From positions 3,262-67,261 of the forward strand of contig DRQF01000195.1 of assembly GCA_011369445.1 (NCBI GenBank): a stretch of DNA of 64,000 nucleotides. Direction: 5' to 3'. Shown here one piece after another: positions 26,149 through 39,031 of the stretch. Under the pieces are notes generated by a model. The model had not been told where the DNA came from and searched no databases. It was given only the letters and a program-made list of their open reading frames with translations. A program made the translations under genes and the position numbers. How positions within the stretch are numbered: position 1 is the first letter of the stretch; each line of letters begins with the position of its first letter. The stretch is from Planctomycetota bacterium (GTDB taxonomy: Bacteria; Planctomycetota; GCA-002687715; DRQF01).

Positions 26149-28416
26149 TTACTTCGTACGGACATCCTCATCGGTGATGTCGATGCGGACGATCTCACCG
26201 ATCGTCGGTGTGAGAGAGACGGGGAACTTGGAACGAAACGGTGGTCGATCCTTCGGGTTCGTCGGAACGAGGAACAAGGGTCGCATGCGACCCGCGCGAG
26301 GCAGACGCACCCGCGCCGCGCGAGGGAGGGCGTCTCGCAGTGCCGTGATGTCCAGACGTTCGTTCGACGCGAGCGTGGTCGCGTCCCAATTGGGCACGAT
26401 GCCGACGAGAAGGGTGTCCCGTGTCGTGCGAACGCGCACCAACAACGGCAGCCACGGAGAGCCGTCCATCTCTGCGGTCACCGGCGGGCGAACGTCGGAC
26501 AAGCGAAGCAGTCCGCGCAGTTCATCGCGCAGCACATGACGGGGGCCGTGGCAACGTTCGGCGAGATAGCGTCCGACCCAGAGGTTGAGATAGACCGCGC
26601 GCCCCCCTCGGGCTTGAGGACAAACGAAAAGAGCCGGGTGGCCGGCGAGACTCCTCATGGAGGTGGCGGTGTCACTGGCCTCCAGACCGGGCTCGCCCAG
26701 GCACAGCGCCGGGAATCTAGGGTCAGCGGGGCCCTTCCATGTACTCCCCTGCAAGGTGCAGCGTCTGAGTTTGCGTTCGAGACCGAACATGTCGTCGAGT
26801 ACGCCCCGGGATCGTGACCTCAGGTGCTCGTCGAACAGGCCCGTCTGCATGTCCGCAAGGACCGTGTTCTCGAGACAATACGTTCGAATGGCATTCGCCA
26901 ACGGGTCGGACATGGCGATCGTGCGGGGGAGAATGAGCACCCTGATCGCCTTTGGAAGTCCTCTGAGGACGTCTTCGGGGCGAACGAAGCAAAACGGGAT
27001 CTGCAGGTCCTCGAGAAGCTTGATCCAGGCCTCTCGGGCCCGGTTCTGGCTGCTTTGCATGAGGGCCTCTTGATCCTTCCAATGGATCCAGGCCCGACCA
27101 TCGAATCGCGTATCCAACATCCAGTGAAGTCGATTCGAGGGCTGGGATTCGAGGATCGCGACCTGCGGTGCGATGGGGCGGGCGGCGTACCAGGCCGCCG
27201 CATCCTTGCTGCCCAGAAGTCTCAACGTCGGCGCCAGGAGCCGTGCACGCTGCGTCGGGCGTCGGACGTCTCCCTCTTGAAACCACAGGGAGGAATTCCA
27301 GAGGACGACTCCTTTGTCTCCGCGGATGAATCTCTCCCACAGTTCGCGGCGTTCGAAGGCCGGGCCGCCCGGGTGGGGCATGAGCGTGTGGAAGAGGACG
27401 GCGCGTGGGGGGGCGAGTGTGCGGACGAGTTCGCCCACTCCTCCCTGATCATACGGTTCGAAGAAATCCAAGGTGCGAGTGACACGTCCCCAGTCGATCC
27501 CCGAAAAAGGCGAGGGGGTTCCTCCTCCGCTGAAGCCCACCGGTTTTCCCGGAACCTTCCGGCGCACTTCCCGGGCCAGGTCGTCGAGGGTACGGGCGAA
27601 CCGTTCCTCCATGAACTCCCTGAAGTCGGACCACGGGGCGAGATTCCAGCGATCCGGGGACTTCGTCAACTCACGGCGTCGGATGGCTTGGGTCGAAAGG
27701 GGAACGACGTCTTCGAAGCGATCCACGTCGACGTCCCACATCTGCCGAAGGGCTTTCAGCGATCCGTACCGAAGGCGCAGCCAAGCTCGAAAGAGCCGTA
27801 GGTGTTCGGGAGAAAAGCAAAAGTCGATGGGGGTGCGGCGGCGACCGAGGGAGACCTCGTCATCGAGGGAAAAGGCCCAGGCCTGGCGTCGGGCCTTTGA
27901 GTCGAGGACCTGTTCGATACGGCGCGACAGCTGGGCCCGGACGCTTTCTTGTGCGAGGCATCGGGGCCGAGGCCGGCCCGCGAGGGCCGTATCCTTCAGG
28001 AACTCCCGTTGAACCCTCTCCCAGCACTCGTCCGCGAGATACAAAATGCCCTTGCCGGCCGTGTGCTCCAGATAGAACGGTCGATGGGCCGCGAGTTGGG
28101 CCTTGGCGGGCGCAGTGCCCGCCACGTTGGTTCCGGAGACGCCGAGGGCGTCCAAGGCTCGAAACAGGTCAGGTCCCGGTTGGGGGCTGTTTTTCATCCA
28201 AAGGAGGCTCAAGAGCCCCCTCGTGGGGGGAGAAGAGGGGAGATCCTGTCCGGCCGACGAGATCGGGAACAACCAGCCACTGAGAAGAATGACGGACGCG
28301 ATGCAGAGCGTTCTGGCAATCGGTCGAAAACGGAAGGGAAGATCGCCCAAGTCGGCGTCGTCCAAGACCGAAGTCCCAGCCGGGTGAAGATCGGGTTTTT
28401 GATCGAAATTCCGCAT
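26149..28416 (-). CDS. GH42-like (beta-galactosidase-like) protein with signal anchor
   Basis: DFCFSPEHLRLFRAWLRLRYGSLKALRQMWD resembles the GH42 Cys-cluster/KYG..L..W segment. IRVLILPRTIAMSDPLANAIRTYCLEN resembles the GH42 trimerisation (GATase-like) domain. N-terminal hydrophobic stretch: TLCIASVILLSGWLFPISSAGQ. A TTG at 28350 is an alternative start. Confidence 0.5.
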   Translation of the reverse strand: MRNFDQKPDLHPAGTSVLDDADLGDLPFRFRPIARTLCIASVILLSGWLFPISSAGQDLPSSPPTRGLLSLLWMKNSPQPGPDLFRALDALGVSGTNVAGTAPAKAQLAAHRPFYLEHTAGKGILYLADECWERVQREFLKDTALAGRPRPRCLAQESVRAQLSRRIEQVLDSKARRQAWAFSLDDEVSLGRRRTPIDFCFSPEHLRLFRAWLRLRYGSLKALRQMWDVDVDRFEDVVPLSTQAIRRRELTKSPDRWNLAPWSDFREFMEERFARTLDDLAREVRRKVPGKPVGFSGGGTPSPFSGIDWGRVTRTLDFFEPYDQGGVGELVRTLAPPRAVLFHTLMPHPGGPAFERRELWERFIRGDKGVVLWNSSLWFQEGDVRRPTQRARLLAPTLRLLGSKDAAAWYAARPIAPQVAILESQPSNRLHWMLDTRFDGRAWIHWKDQEALMQSSQNRAREAWIKLLEDLQIPFCFVRPEDVLRGLPKAIRVLILPRTIAMSDPLANAIRTYCLENTVLADMQTGLFDEHLRSRSRGVLDDMFGLERKLRRCTLQGSTWKGPADPRFPALCLGEPGLEASDTATSMRSLAGHPALFVCPQARGGRAVYLNLWVGRYLAERCHGPRHVLRDELRGLLRLSDVRPPVTAEMDGSPWLPLLVRVRTTRDTLLVGIVPNWDATTLASNERLDITALRDALPRAARVRLPRAGRMRPLFLVPTNPKDRPPFRSKFPVSLTPTIGEIVRIDITDEDVRTK

Positions 28417-28461
28417 CCCGATAGTGTATTGGGACTTCCATCAACTACACAGGTGACAAAA

Positions 28462-30453
28462 ATGGGTCGTGATACGTTGGTCCTCAGTCTGCTCGTGGCC
28501 CTGGCCATCGGAGGCGGAATCCTGTTTTTCGTGTTCAGTACAGAGGATGAGTCCCCTCAGGGGTTCGTCCCGGCGGATGTCGAGCATCTGGATGACCCCA
28601 CGGCCGAGGAGACGGGGACGGCTCGCCGCAATCCACGGATCGCCGAACGGGGACCCGAGGCCCTCCGCAGCGCCGACACCGGTGAGGCTTCGACGGTGGC
28701 CGTCGACGATCACGTCGCCCCCGGCGAAGCCGCCACGATTCAGGGCTGGGTGAAGGATCGGGCCGGCAAGGCCGTGCCGGGAGCCGTGGTCTCGCTATGC
28801 GTGGACGTCTCCGACTCTCTGCACATGAGTCTTCAAGGCCCGGTGAAGGCTTCCGTCGCCACCGACAAATCGGGAGCCTTTCAGATCCGGGACATCTCGC
28901 CGGAGGATCGCTATCTGCTCCGCGTCGATCACGAGAACTTCCCCTCTTCCTTCGAAAACCTGGTGACCCTCTCCAAGGGGGAGACGAAATCCGTCACCAT
29001 CGTCCTCGACCCTGGCCAGACGTTGACGGGGGTCGTGACCGACCTCGAGGGAGGGCGGATTCCCGACTGCGAGATCCTCGTCTTCGATCAGCAGCATCGC
29101 AGCCAAGATCCCGCGATGGACGTGGAGCGACGGACCTTCACCGACGCGAACGGCGAGTATGAATTCCACAACCTCAATGTGGGTTTCAAACGGGTGACGG
29201 CTCGCAAGGAGGGGTACGCATCGCAGACGAATCTCATGGTCCAGATCAAGGCCTCGCAGCCGGCGGACCCCGTCAACTTTCAGTTGACCAAGGGAGAGGC
29301 CATTCGTGGAGTCGTCGTCGATAAGAAAAGCGCCGCCCCCATCGCCGACGCCATCATCGTGGCCATGCCCATTCGGACCGGTGGTGGCGGAATCTCGACG
29401 GCCAATTATCCCCCCGTCAAGTCGGACCAGGACGGCAAGTTCGATTTCATCGGGTTGGCTCCCGGCGCTTACAAGCTGCGGATTCATGCCAAGGGCTATG
29501 GGAGAGTGGGAGTCCAGAGGACGGCCCGCACGGGAGAAGAGAATCTCCGCGTCGAATTGGAACGCAGTCCCGTGGCGCGGGGCCGCGTCGTGGACGCGGA
29601 GACCGGCGAGCCGGTGACGCGATTCAGCCTCCAGATCGGCCGGGGTGAAAGACTCATGATGACGTCGTTCCAGCTAACGCAACGGTTCGAGAGCGAGGAC
29701 GGGACGTTCGAGTACACCGACCTGGACACCAACGGAGAATTCCGCCTCTTCGCGCAAGCTCCTGACTACGCCGGTGGCAAGAGTGATATCATCCGTCCCA
29801 AGATCGGGCAGGACATTGAAGGGCTCGTCATCGCCATGAAGCGGGGAGCGACGATCAAGGGGTTGGTCGTCGATGCCGAGGGGAAAGGGATCCCGAACGC
29901 TCGCGTCAAGGTTCGGACGAGTCTCGGCGGGCAGGGGGAGGCCGCGGCGGCTTTCCTCAACATTTTCAGTCAGAGCATGCGTTCCTCGTCCGTGCGGATG
30001 GCGAAGACGGATTCCGAAGGACGCTACGTGGTCAAGCACGTCCCCTCCGGAGACACCGAGATCACGGCCGATCACGCCGAATACGCCCAGGGGGAATTGA
30101 GCCGTCCGATCTTCGTCCCCGAGACGGGCGAGGTGATCGCTCCCAACCTCACGCTGGTCAAGGGCGGGACCTTGGAAGGCATCGTCTACGACAAGGATCA
30201 CAACCCCGCGCCGAACTCGAAGGTCGAAATTCGGGAGAAGGGCGGTTTCGGAGGCGTTGCTTACACGGGAACGAGCGATGAAAACGGGCACTACATCATC
30301 CGAAACATCCGTCCCGGCATCTACACGGTGCGCGTCCTTCAACTGAAGGGCGAGCAACCCGTTCTCGATCTGGGCAGTCTTCTCCTCGGCAAGAACCAGC
30401 AGGAGGTCGTCATCGGCGACGGTGAGAAGGCCACGCTGGACGTGGACGGCTGA
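28462..30453 (+). CDS. Membrane-anchored protein made of tandem carboxypeptidase-regulatory-like (CarboxypepD_reg, Ig-like) domains
   Basis: N-terminal TM MGRDTLVLSLLVALAIGGGILFFVF. At least 6 repeats follow the pattern G.V.D..G.P...A.V (for example IQGWVKDRAGKAVPGAVVSL, LTGVVTDLEGGRIPDCEILV, IKGLVVDAEGKGIPNARVKV). The upstream part of the track ORF (27949-28461) is antisense to the GH42-like gene. Confidence 0.7.
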   Translation: MGRDTLVLSLLVALAIGGGILFFVFSTEDESPQGFVPADVEHLDDPTAEETGTARRNPRIAERGPEALRSADTGEASTVAVDDHVAPGEAATIQGWVKDRAGKAVPGAVVSLCVDVSDSLHMSLQGPVKASVATDKSGAFQIRDISPEDRYLLRVDHENFPSSFENLVTLSKGETKSVTIVLDPGQTLTGVVTDLEGGRIPDCEILVFDQQHRSQDPAMDVERRTFTDANGEYEFHNLNVGFKRVTARKEGYASQTNLMVQIKASQPADPVNFQLTKGEAIRGVVVDKKSAAPIADAIIVAMPIRTGGGGISTANYPPVKSDQDGKFDFIGLAPGAYKLRIHAKGYGRVGVQRTARTGEENLRVELERSPVARGRVVDAETGEPVTRFSLQIGRGERLMMTSFQLTQRFESEDGTFEYTDLDTNGEFRLFAQAPDYAGGKSDIIRPKIGQDIEGLVIAMKRGATIKGLVVDAEGKGIPNARVKVRTSLGGQGEAAAAFLNIFSQSMRSSSVRMAKTDSEGRYVVKHVPSGDTEITADHAEYAQGELSRPIFVPETGEVIAPNLTLVKGGTLEGIVYDKDHNPAPNSKVEIREKGGFGGVAYTGTSDENGHYIIRNIRPGIYTVRVLQLKGEQPVLDLGSLLLGKNQQEVVIGDGEKATLDVDG

Positions 30454-30591
30454 GCAGCGAGCTCCCATGAGACGCCGCCGGTGAGCCATTCCGCTCCCCC
30501 CGGGGGATTCCGCGTCGGCTGCGTTAACCTCATGAGCGCGCAGACACCCCGAGGACGCGGGTCGTGGAACCGATCCGCGCGATAGGAGATC

Positions 30592-32613
30592 ATGACGAGA
30601 TTCCTGATTCTTGCGGCCATCATCGGTCTCGTATTCGTGGCATTCTGGAAGCTTGCCGGAGATCCCGGCCAACTCCCTGGGGGGACGGGAGTGTCGCCCT
30701 TTGGAGAGGCGGTCGCTCCGGGGACGAATACGGCGCGGAGAGGACGCGGTGGCCGGGGTCCTCTCGCACGGCCGGATGCATCGACGGGAGCGGCGGGCGC
30801 GCAGGGAGCGGTGCCGCAGCCTCCCGCGCCGAAGGAAGGCAGGGACCCCTTCGGAAGCCCGTGGGGCGCCATTCAGGGCGTCGTGACCGCCGATGACGGA
30901 CCCGTCGCGGGGGCCTCCGTCAGGTTGTTCGAGAATCTTTCCGCGCAGGGCGGCTCGGTGTTGATCGAAGGCGACCTCATCGCGGAGGAGGTGTCGAACG
31001 GGGACGGAGCGTTTCGGATGGATGGGCTCTCGGGAGATCGTCCCGGCATCCTGCGGGTCGAACACCCCGATTTCCCCCGTTGGACCGCCCCCGTGACTCT
31101 TGCTCCCGGTCGCACGCTCCAGGTCACGGCCCATCTGGGAGGGGGCGTGGACCTCGTTCTCATGGTCAAGGACGCGGGTGATGGCCACCCCCTCCCCACA
31201 GCTTGGGCGCGGATCGAAGCTCTGGAGGAACCGCTTCCGGACGGAGGTTTCCAGGTCGACCGTGAGGTCCACGCCGACGACGCGGGGCGCTGCCTTCTCC
31301 GAGCAGTTTCCGCCGGGATGCGGCGCATCGTCGTGGGGGCTCCCGGGTACGCCGTGCAGACGCTTCCTCCTCGCCCCGTTCGCCGAGGTCGCCCGTCGCC
31401 GCCCCTCGAAGTGCGATTGCAACCCGGTGCGAGCATTTCCGGCCGCGTTCTGGCGCCTTCCGGAGGTGCGATCGCGGGAGCTCGTGTCAGGGCTCGGCCA
31501 GTGGCTTCCCCGGGCAAGATGCTCCTCGGTGACCACATGGTCCTGACCGACGGCGCGGGGCGGTTCGTGTTGTCCGGGTTGGCGGCAGGAAACTGGGTGC
31601 TCAGCGCTGACAAGGTGGGCTTCACGGGGGGACGTTTCCTGTTGGACGACACGGTCACGCCTCCCCTTTACGGAACCTCTTCGGTCAATGCTACGGCGGG
31701 CGATGGCGGCGTGGCACTCTACCTCGTTCCCGCCCCCATCCTCGAGGGCCGTGTTCTTGACGATGAGACGGGCGAACCCATCAAGGCCTTTCGACTCTTC
31801 ACCCATCCGAGTCGGCGCCCCGCGGCCATCGACCCGGGGCGCATCCGCTCGGTCGTCTCCGAGGACGGAACGTTTCGGTATCCCTTGGACCATGGGGCCA
31901 TCGTTGCTCGCCACTTTTGGCTCCACGTCCTGGCGCCGGGGCATGCTCCTGAACAGGTGGAACTCGGGGTCGCGCTGGGCTTGAACGGCCGGGTCCGCGC
32001 ACGGGCTCCCATCTACCGAGACATCGAGGTGCGCCTCATCCGGGGATCGGAGGTCTCGGGGCGCGTCGTGGACCCCTCGGGCGCTCCCGTCGAGGGAGCC
32101 CACGTGGCGGCGACCCATGTCCCCGAGGCTGGAAGGGGAGTCGTCGTCGTCGCCCCCGATGCGGTTTCGCAGGGGCCATGGTCGCTCGGCCGGGTCGAGG
32201 TCTCCACGGATGCTTCCGGCCGCTTTCGACTCGAACATCTCGATGAGGGGGGGTGGAAGCTTGCCGTCGATCATCCCGGATTCGCTCATCGTGTCGTCGA
32301 CGAGGCCATTCAGGTGGGACGGCGAGAGGTGCGGGACGTCGGTGACGTCCGGCTCGAGAAGGGAGGCGCGATCAAGGGGCTCGTTCGCGATGCCCGGGGA
32401 GATCCTCGGGAAGGGGTGGAAGTCGTCGTCGCCTCGCTAGATCGTCCAGGGTTCCGGCGGAGCCGCAGGACGAACATCGGTGGGGCCTATGTGTTCGAGA
32501 ACCTTCCGCCCGGTCGCTATGCCGTCACGTTGACGGCGGCCTACGGCCGTGTCACCGCGCGTCGCGAGGTCACGCTACAGCCCGGCGGCTCGATTCGCCA
32601 GGACTTTCCCTGA
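30592..32613 (+). CDS. Second membrane-anchored CarboxypepD_reg-repeat protein (paralogous architecture)
   Basis: N-terminal TM MTRFLILAAIIGLVFVAFW. The same G.V.D..G.P..GA.V repeats occur (IQGVVTADDGPVAGASVRL, ISGRVLAPSGGAIAGARVRA, VSGRVVDPSGAPVEGAHVAA, IKGLVRDARGDPREGVEVVV). Confidence 0.7.
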   Translation: MTRFLILAAIIGLVFVAFWKLAGDPGQLPGGTGVSPFGEAVAPGTNTARRGRGGRGPLARPDASTGAAGAQGAVPQPPAPKEGRDPFGSPWGAIQGVVTADDGPVAGASVRLFENLSAQGGSVLIEGDLIAEEVSNGDGAFRMDGLSGDRPGILRVEHPDFPRWTAPVTLAPGRTLQVTAHLGGGVDLVLMVKDAGDGHPLPTAWARIEALEEPLPDGGFQVDREVHADDAGRCLLRAVSAGMRRIVVGAPGYAVQTLPPRPVRRGRPSPPLEVRLQPGASISGRVLAPSGGAIAGARVRARPVASPGKMLLGDHMVLTDGAGRFVLSGLAAGNWVLSADKVGFTGGRFLLDDTVTPPLYGTSSVNATAGDGGVALYLVPAPILEGRVLDDETGEPIKAFRLFTHPSRRPAAIDPGRIRSVVSEDGTFRYPLDHGAIVARHFWLHVLAPGHAPEQVELGVALGLNGRVRARAPIYRDIEVRLIRGSEVSGRVVDPSGAPVEGAHVAATHVPEAGRGVVVVAPDAVSQGPWSLGRVEVSTDASGRFRLEHLDEGGWKLAVDHPGFAHRVVDEAIQVGRREVRDVGDVRLEKGGAIKGLVRDARGDPREGVEVVVASLDRPGFRRSRRTNIGGAYVFENLPPGRYAVTLTAAYGRVTARREVTLQPGGSIRQDFP

Positions 32614-32658
32614 TCTGGGTGAGCCCCGGAACCCGTCAGCACAGCTTGCAAAGAAGAG

Positions 32659-32874
32659 TCAGTCCTCGTGGGCTGGAGGGAGGGGAATATCTTCTTCCTC
32701 CTCGAGGGGCCGGGAGACCCGATACTCCTCATTGAACCAATGCCCGAGGTCAATCATCTTGCATCGGACCGAGCAGAAGGGGTACGTCGAGGGCAGGGGC
32801 GCCCCCTTCTTGGGGGGAGGGAGCTTCGATCCACAGGTCGGGCACTTCATGAAACGTCTCGCAGCCGGTTCCAA
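32659..32874 (-). CDS. yacG: DNA gyrase inhibitor YacG-like zinc-finger protein
   Basis: CPTCGSKL...YPFCSVRCKMIDLGHWFNEEYRV matches the YacG pattern CPxC...PFCSxRCxxIDLGxW. The start may be Met at 32850. Confidence 0.75.
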   Translation of the reverse strand: MEPAARRFMKCPTCGSKLPPPKKGAPLPSTYPFCSVRCKMIDLGHWFNEEYRVSRPLEEEEDIPLPPAHED

Positions 32875-32910
32875 ACGTCAGCTCTCCGACGGAGAGCAAC
32901 CCTTGGGCGT

Positions 32911-33162
32911 TCACGTGGCCGGGGCGGTCCCCGACGATTCCTTGGGCTTGTCCTTCTTCTTCGCCGACTTGTATGAGTCGGACCGGTAGTCGGTCGTGTA
33001 GAACCCGGAACCCTTGAAGAGAAGGGCTCCTCCCGTTCCGAACAGCCGATTGAGCTTCATCTTCCCGCACTCGGGGCATTTTTTCTTGAGCGGCTCATTG
33101 ATCGACTGGAACAGTTCGAACTCGTGCCCGCAGGCTTCGCATTCATAGTCGTAGGTTGGCAT
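32911..33162 (-). CDS. FmdB-family (CxxC_CxxC_SSSS) zinc-ribbon putative regulatory protein
   Basis: MPTYDYECEACGHEFELFQSINEPLKKKCPECG is the family signature. The tail is Ser/Lys-rich. Confidence 0.8.
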   Translation of the reverse strand: MPTYDYECEACGHEFELFQSINEPLKKKCPECGKMKLNRLFGTGGALLFKGSGFYTTDYRSDSYKSAKKKDKPKESSGTAPAT

Positions 33163-33164
33163 CC

Positions 33165-33794
33165 TCAATCCTCCCCATTCTTTGTGTCGTCGTTGTTCGC
33201 CTCCGCATCATCGCAGGCCTCTGCGCTTTCCTGGGGGGGAGAGGCCACGATGACTTTGGAATGGCGTACGACAAGATCATCCATCTTCCAACCGGGCTGC
33301 ATCTCCTCGACCACGGCGCCCGGCGGGTGGTCCTCGCTGGGGACGCTCGTCACGGCTTCGTGGTAATTCGGGTCGAAGGGCTTGCCCTTGGATTCGATCG
33401 GCTCCACCCCGTGGTCACCCAGGAACTTGACCAGCATGTCGTGTATCATCTTCACGCCCACGAGCACCGATTCGGGGTCCTGACCCTGCTCGGCGGCGGC
33501 GAGGGCGGCCTTGAACGTGTCGACGATCGGCAGAAGCTCCCGAAACAGATCTCTCTTCGTGAAACGTCTCGTCTCGTGGATGCGTTTCTCGGTCTGCTTG
33601 CGGTAGTTCTGGAGGTCCGCCACCGCACGTTGCAGACGTGTGGTCAGTTCAGCGTGTGCATCCGAGTCCGCCGGGGGAGACGCGTCGGGCTCGGCCGCTT
33701 CCGACGCCTCGGGTTGCGAGGTTTCGGGTGTCTCCACCGCGGTCTTCGCCGCTTCCTCTTCTTGCCGCTTCTTCTTGCTTCGCTTCGATGCCAT
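33165..33794 (-). CDS. grpE: Nucleotide exchange factor GrpE
   Basis: Acidic/basic N-terminus and a coiled coil, with the motifs DLQNYRKQTEKR and GVKMIHDMLVKFL...GVEPIESKGKPFDPNYHEAV. Confidence 0.9.
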   Translation of the reverse strand: MASKRSKKKRQEEEAAKTAVETPETSQPEASEAAEPDASPPADSDAHAELTTRLQRAVADLQNYRKQTEKRIHETRRFTKRDLFRELLPIVDTFKAALAAAEQGQDPESVLVGVKMIHDMLVKFLGDHGVEPIESKGKPFDPNYHEAVTSVPSEDHPPGAVVEEMQPGWKMDDLVVRHSKVIVASPPQESAEACDDAEANNDDTKNGED

Positions 33795-33799
33795 GACGA

Positions 33800-34951
<1,152 letters not shown>

Positions 34952-35013
34952 GGCTCAGTCCTCCACGGAGGACGCGGGAAGAAACCTCCCGCATCCTCCA
35001 TGAATCCTCTACA

Positions 35014-36627
35014 TCAAGACACGGCGCCGGACACCGCTTCACCATCGTCCTTCAGATTCGTGATGGCCGCGCTCGTGGTGAGCATCAGCCCCGCCACGCT
35101 GGCGGCGTTCTGAAGAGCCGAACGGGTGACCTTCGCGGGGTCGATGATTCCAGCCTTGACGAGATTCGTGTGTTCGCCGCGCGCCGCATCGAAACCCCAG
35201 TCCTCCTTGCCCGATTCGAGGGTCTCCTGCACGCACACCTGTCCGTCGAAGCCGGCGTTCTCGGCGATCTGGCAGGCAGGAGCCTTGAGGGCCTCCATCA
35301 CGATGCGAGCGCCGGTCTTCTCGTCGCCCCTGAGCTTGCCGAGGATCTCTTCCACGGCCGGGATGGCCGCAAGCAGAGTGGAACCGCCGCCCGCGACGGT
35401 TCCCTCCTCGACCGCGGCCCGAGTTGCGTGAAGCGCATCCTCGACGCGGGCCTTCTTCTCGTTCATCTCGTGCTCGGTGGCGGCGCCGACTCGAACCACG
35501 GCGATGCCGCCGGAGAGACGACCGAGGCGCTCGGTGAGCTTCTCGCGGTCGTACTCGGACTTCGTCTCCTCGATCTGAAGGCGAATCTGTTCGATCCGCT
35601 CTCGGATCGCCTTCTTCGTGCCCTTTCCTTCGACGATGAGCGTGTTGTCCTTGTCGACTTCCACGCGCTTCGCCTCTCCGAGAACCTCGGTGCCGAGATT
35701 CTCCAGGTTCTGTCCCAACTCCTCGGTGATCGACTGGGCACCGGTCAAGACCGCGATGTCGTCGAGCATGGCCTTGCGGCGGTCACCGAATCCGGGAGCC
35801 TTCACGGCGCACACCTGTAGAGTTCCTCGGAGCCTGTTGATCACCAGAGTCGAAAGCGCCTCGGCCTCCACGTCCTCGGCGATGATGAGCAGCGGCTGAC
35901 CCTTCTGAGCGACCCCCTCGAGGATGCGGAGAAGCTGTCTCATGTTGGAGATCTTCTTCTCGTAGACGAGGATGGCCGCGTTCTCGAGGACGCAGTTCAT
36001 CGAATCGGGGTGGTTGATGAAATAGGGCGAAACGAATCCCTTGTCGAACTGCATGCCGTCGACCAGGTCGAGCGTCGTTTCCGTGCCCTGGGCCTCCTCG
36101 ACCGTGATCACGCCGTCGCGCCCCACCTTGTCGATCGCCTCGGCGAGGATGTCGCCGATTTCGCTCTCTCCGTTCGCGGAGATCGTCCCGATCTTGGCGA
36201 CGTCGCCCCGTCCCTTGACGGGGCGGGCCCGTTCGAGAATCGCTTCGGCCGCAGTCTGGACGGCGCGATCGATGCCGCGCTTCAGGCTGACCGGGTTGGC
36301 GCCCGCCGTCACCATGCGAAGGCCTTCCGAGAAGATGGCCTCCGCGAGAACCGTGGCGGTCGTCGTGCCGTCTCCCGCCGTATCGCTCGTTTTCGAAGCG
36401 ACCTCGTTGACGAGTTTGGCGCCCATGTTTTCGAAGGGGTCTTCGATCTCGACTTCCTTCGCCACGGTCACCCCGTCCTTCGTGACGGAGGGCCCACCGA
36501 ACGCCTTGGTGTAGATGACATTCTTGCCGCGAGGTCCCAAGGTGACCTTGACCGTGCGCGCGAGCTTGCGCACGCCGTCGAGGACTTTCCTCTGCGCCTC
36601 GTCGTTGAAGAGCATTTGCTTTGCCAT
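35014..36627 (-). CDS. groEL: Chaperonin GroEL (copy 1, no GGM tail)
   Basis: [19 protein letters not shown]...TLGPRGKNV...[10 protein letters not shown] and a full-length Cpn60 match. It ends ...[14 protein letters not shown]. Confidence 0.95.
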   Translation of the reverse strand: MAKQMLFNDEAQRKVLDGVRKLARTVKVTLGPRGKNVIYTKAFGGPSVTKDGVTVAKEVEIEDPFENMGAKLVNEVASKTSDTAGDGTTTATVLAEAIFSEGLRMVTAGANPVSLKRGIDRAVQTAAEAILERARPVKGRGDVAKIGTISANGESEIGDILAEAIDKVGRDGVITVEEAQGTETTLDLVDGMQFDKGFVSPYFINHPDSMNCVLENAAILVYEKKISNMRQLLRILEGVAQKGQPLLIIAEDVEAEALSTLVINRLRGTLQVCAVKAPGFGDRRKAMLDDIAVLTGAQSITEELGQNLENLGTEVLGEAKRVEVDKDNTLIVEGKGTKKAIRERIEQIRLQIEETKSEYDREKLTERLGRLSGGIAVVRVGAATEHEMNEKKARVEDALHATRAAVEEGTVAGGGSTLLAAIPAVEEILGKLRGDEKTGARIVMEALKAPACQIAENAGFDGQVCVQETLESGKEDWGFDAARGEHTNLVKAGIIDPAKVTRSALQNAASVAGLMLTTSAAITNLKDDGEAVSGAVS

Positions 36628-36641
36628 GGATGTCGTGCCTT

Positions 36642-36932
36642 TCAGCTCACGATCTTCGCGAGGATGTCCCTCTCGCGCATGATCTTGTATTTCTTCCCGT
36701 CGATTTCGATGTCCGATCCGCTGTACTTGCCGAAGACCACTTTGTCGCCCTTTTTCACCGACAAGGGGCAGCGCTTCCCGTCATCGTCGAGCGTGCCCGG
36801 GCCCGCCACGACGACTTTGCCCTGCTGGGGCTTCTCCTTCGCCGAATCGGGGAGAACGATGCCTCCCGCCGAGACGGTTTCGGCGTCTTCGGGGGCCACC
36901 ACGACGCGGTCATCCAAAGGTTGAATCTTCAT
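36642..36932 (-). CDS. groES: Co-chaperonin GroES
   Basis: [12 protein letters not shown]...[24 protein letters not shown]; 96 aa. AAGGAG SD upstream. Confidence 0.95.
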   Translation of the reverse strand: MKIQPLDDRVVVAPEDAETVSAGGIVLPDSAKEKPQQGKVVVAGPGTLDDDGKRCPLSVKKGDKVVFGKYSGSDIEIDGKKYKIMRERDILAKIVS

Positions 36933-36977
36933 TTCTATCTCCTTTTCGTTCGCTTGGGATTCGTGGAGCGGAGCGGC

Positions 36978-38672
<1,695 letters not shown>

Positions 38673-39031
38673 GTCTGATTCCCTTAAGTCTGCGAATTTC
38701 TTGAATTCTGGTCTTCTCGGTGCCGGCCCGGGGGCGGCAGCGCCCTCGGGACACACGGTCCCCCGGAACCGAACGCCTTGGGGGCGCAACAAATAGCACG
38801 CCAGAGGGGCTTGTTGCCAATGGCTTTCGCAAACTGATGGCGGGGAATATGTTGTGAGCATCGGCCTGGCCTCCGATTTCCGAGTCCGGCGGCCGGGCTG
38901 CCACGCTGTCATGAGCGGGAGGACTCCTCCCGAAAACTCCGTGACAGTTTGGCAGGATTCCGGGGTGGGGTCATCCTGTCTCCTTCGTTGAGAAGACGGG
39001 ACCCGGAGCCCTTGCAATCAAGGAGAGGCGG

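Noticed and set aside
29674-32289. 871-aa ORF on the minus strand, the longest non-called ORF in the track.
   Set aside because: It is antisense to the two CarboxypepD_reg genes. It has Arg/Pro/Gly/Asp-rich low-information composition and no recognisable motif. This is a typical shadow frame of high-GC coding DNA.
38695-38709. GAATTTCTTGAATTC upstream of groEL2 resembling a eukaryotic-type heat-shock element (nGAAnnTTCn), plus a half-CIRCE-like ATAGCAC at about 38793.
   Set aside because: It is too short and too degenerate. There is no full CIRCE inverted repeat, and HSE logic is not established for bacteria. It is kept only as a note under the chaperone-cluster finding.
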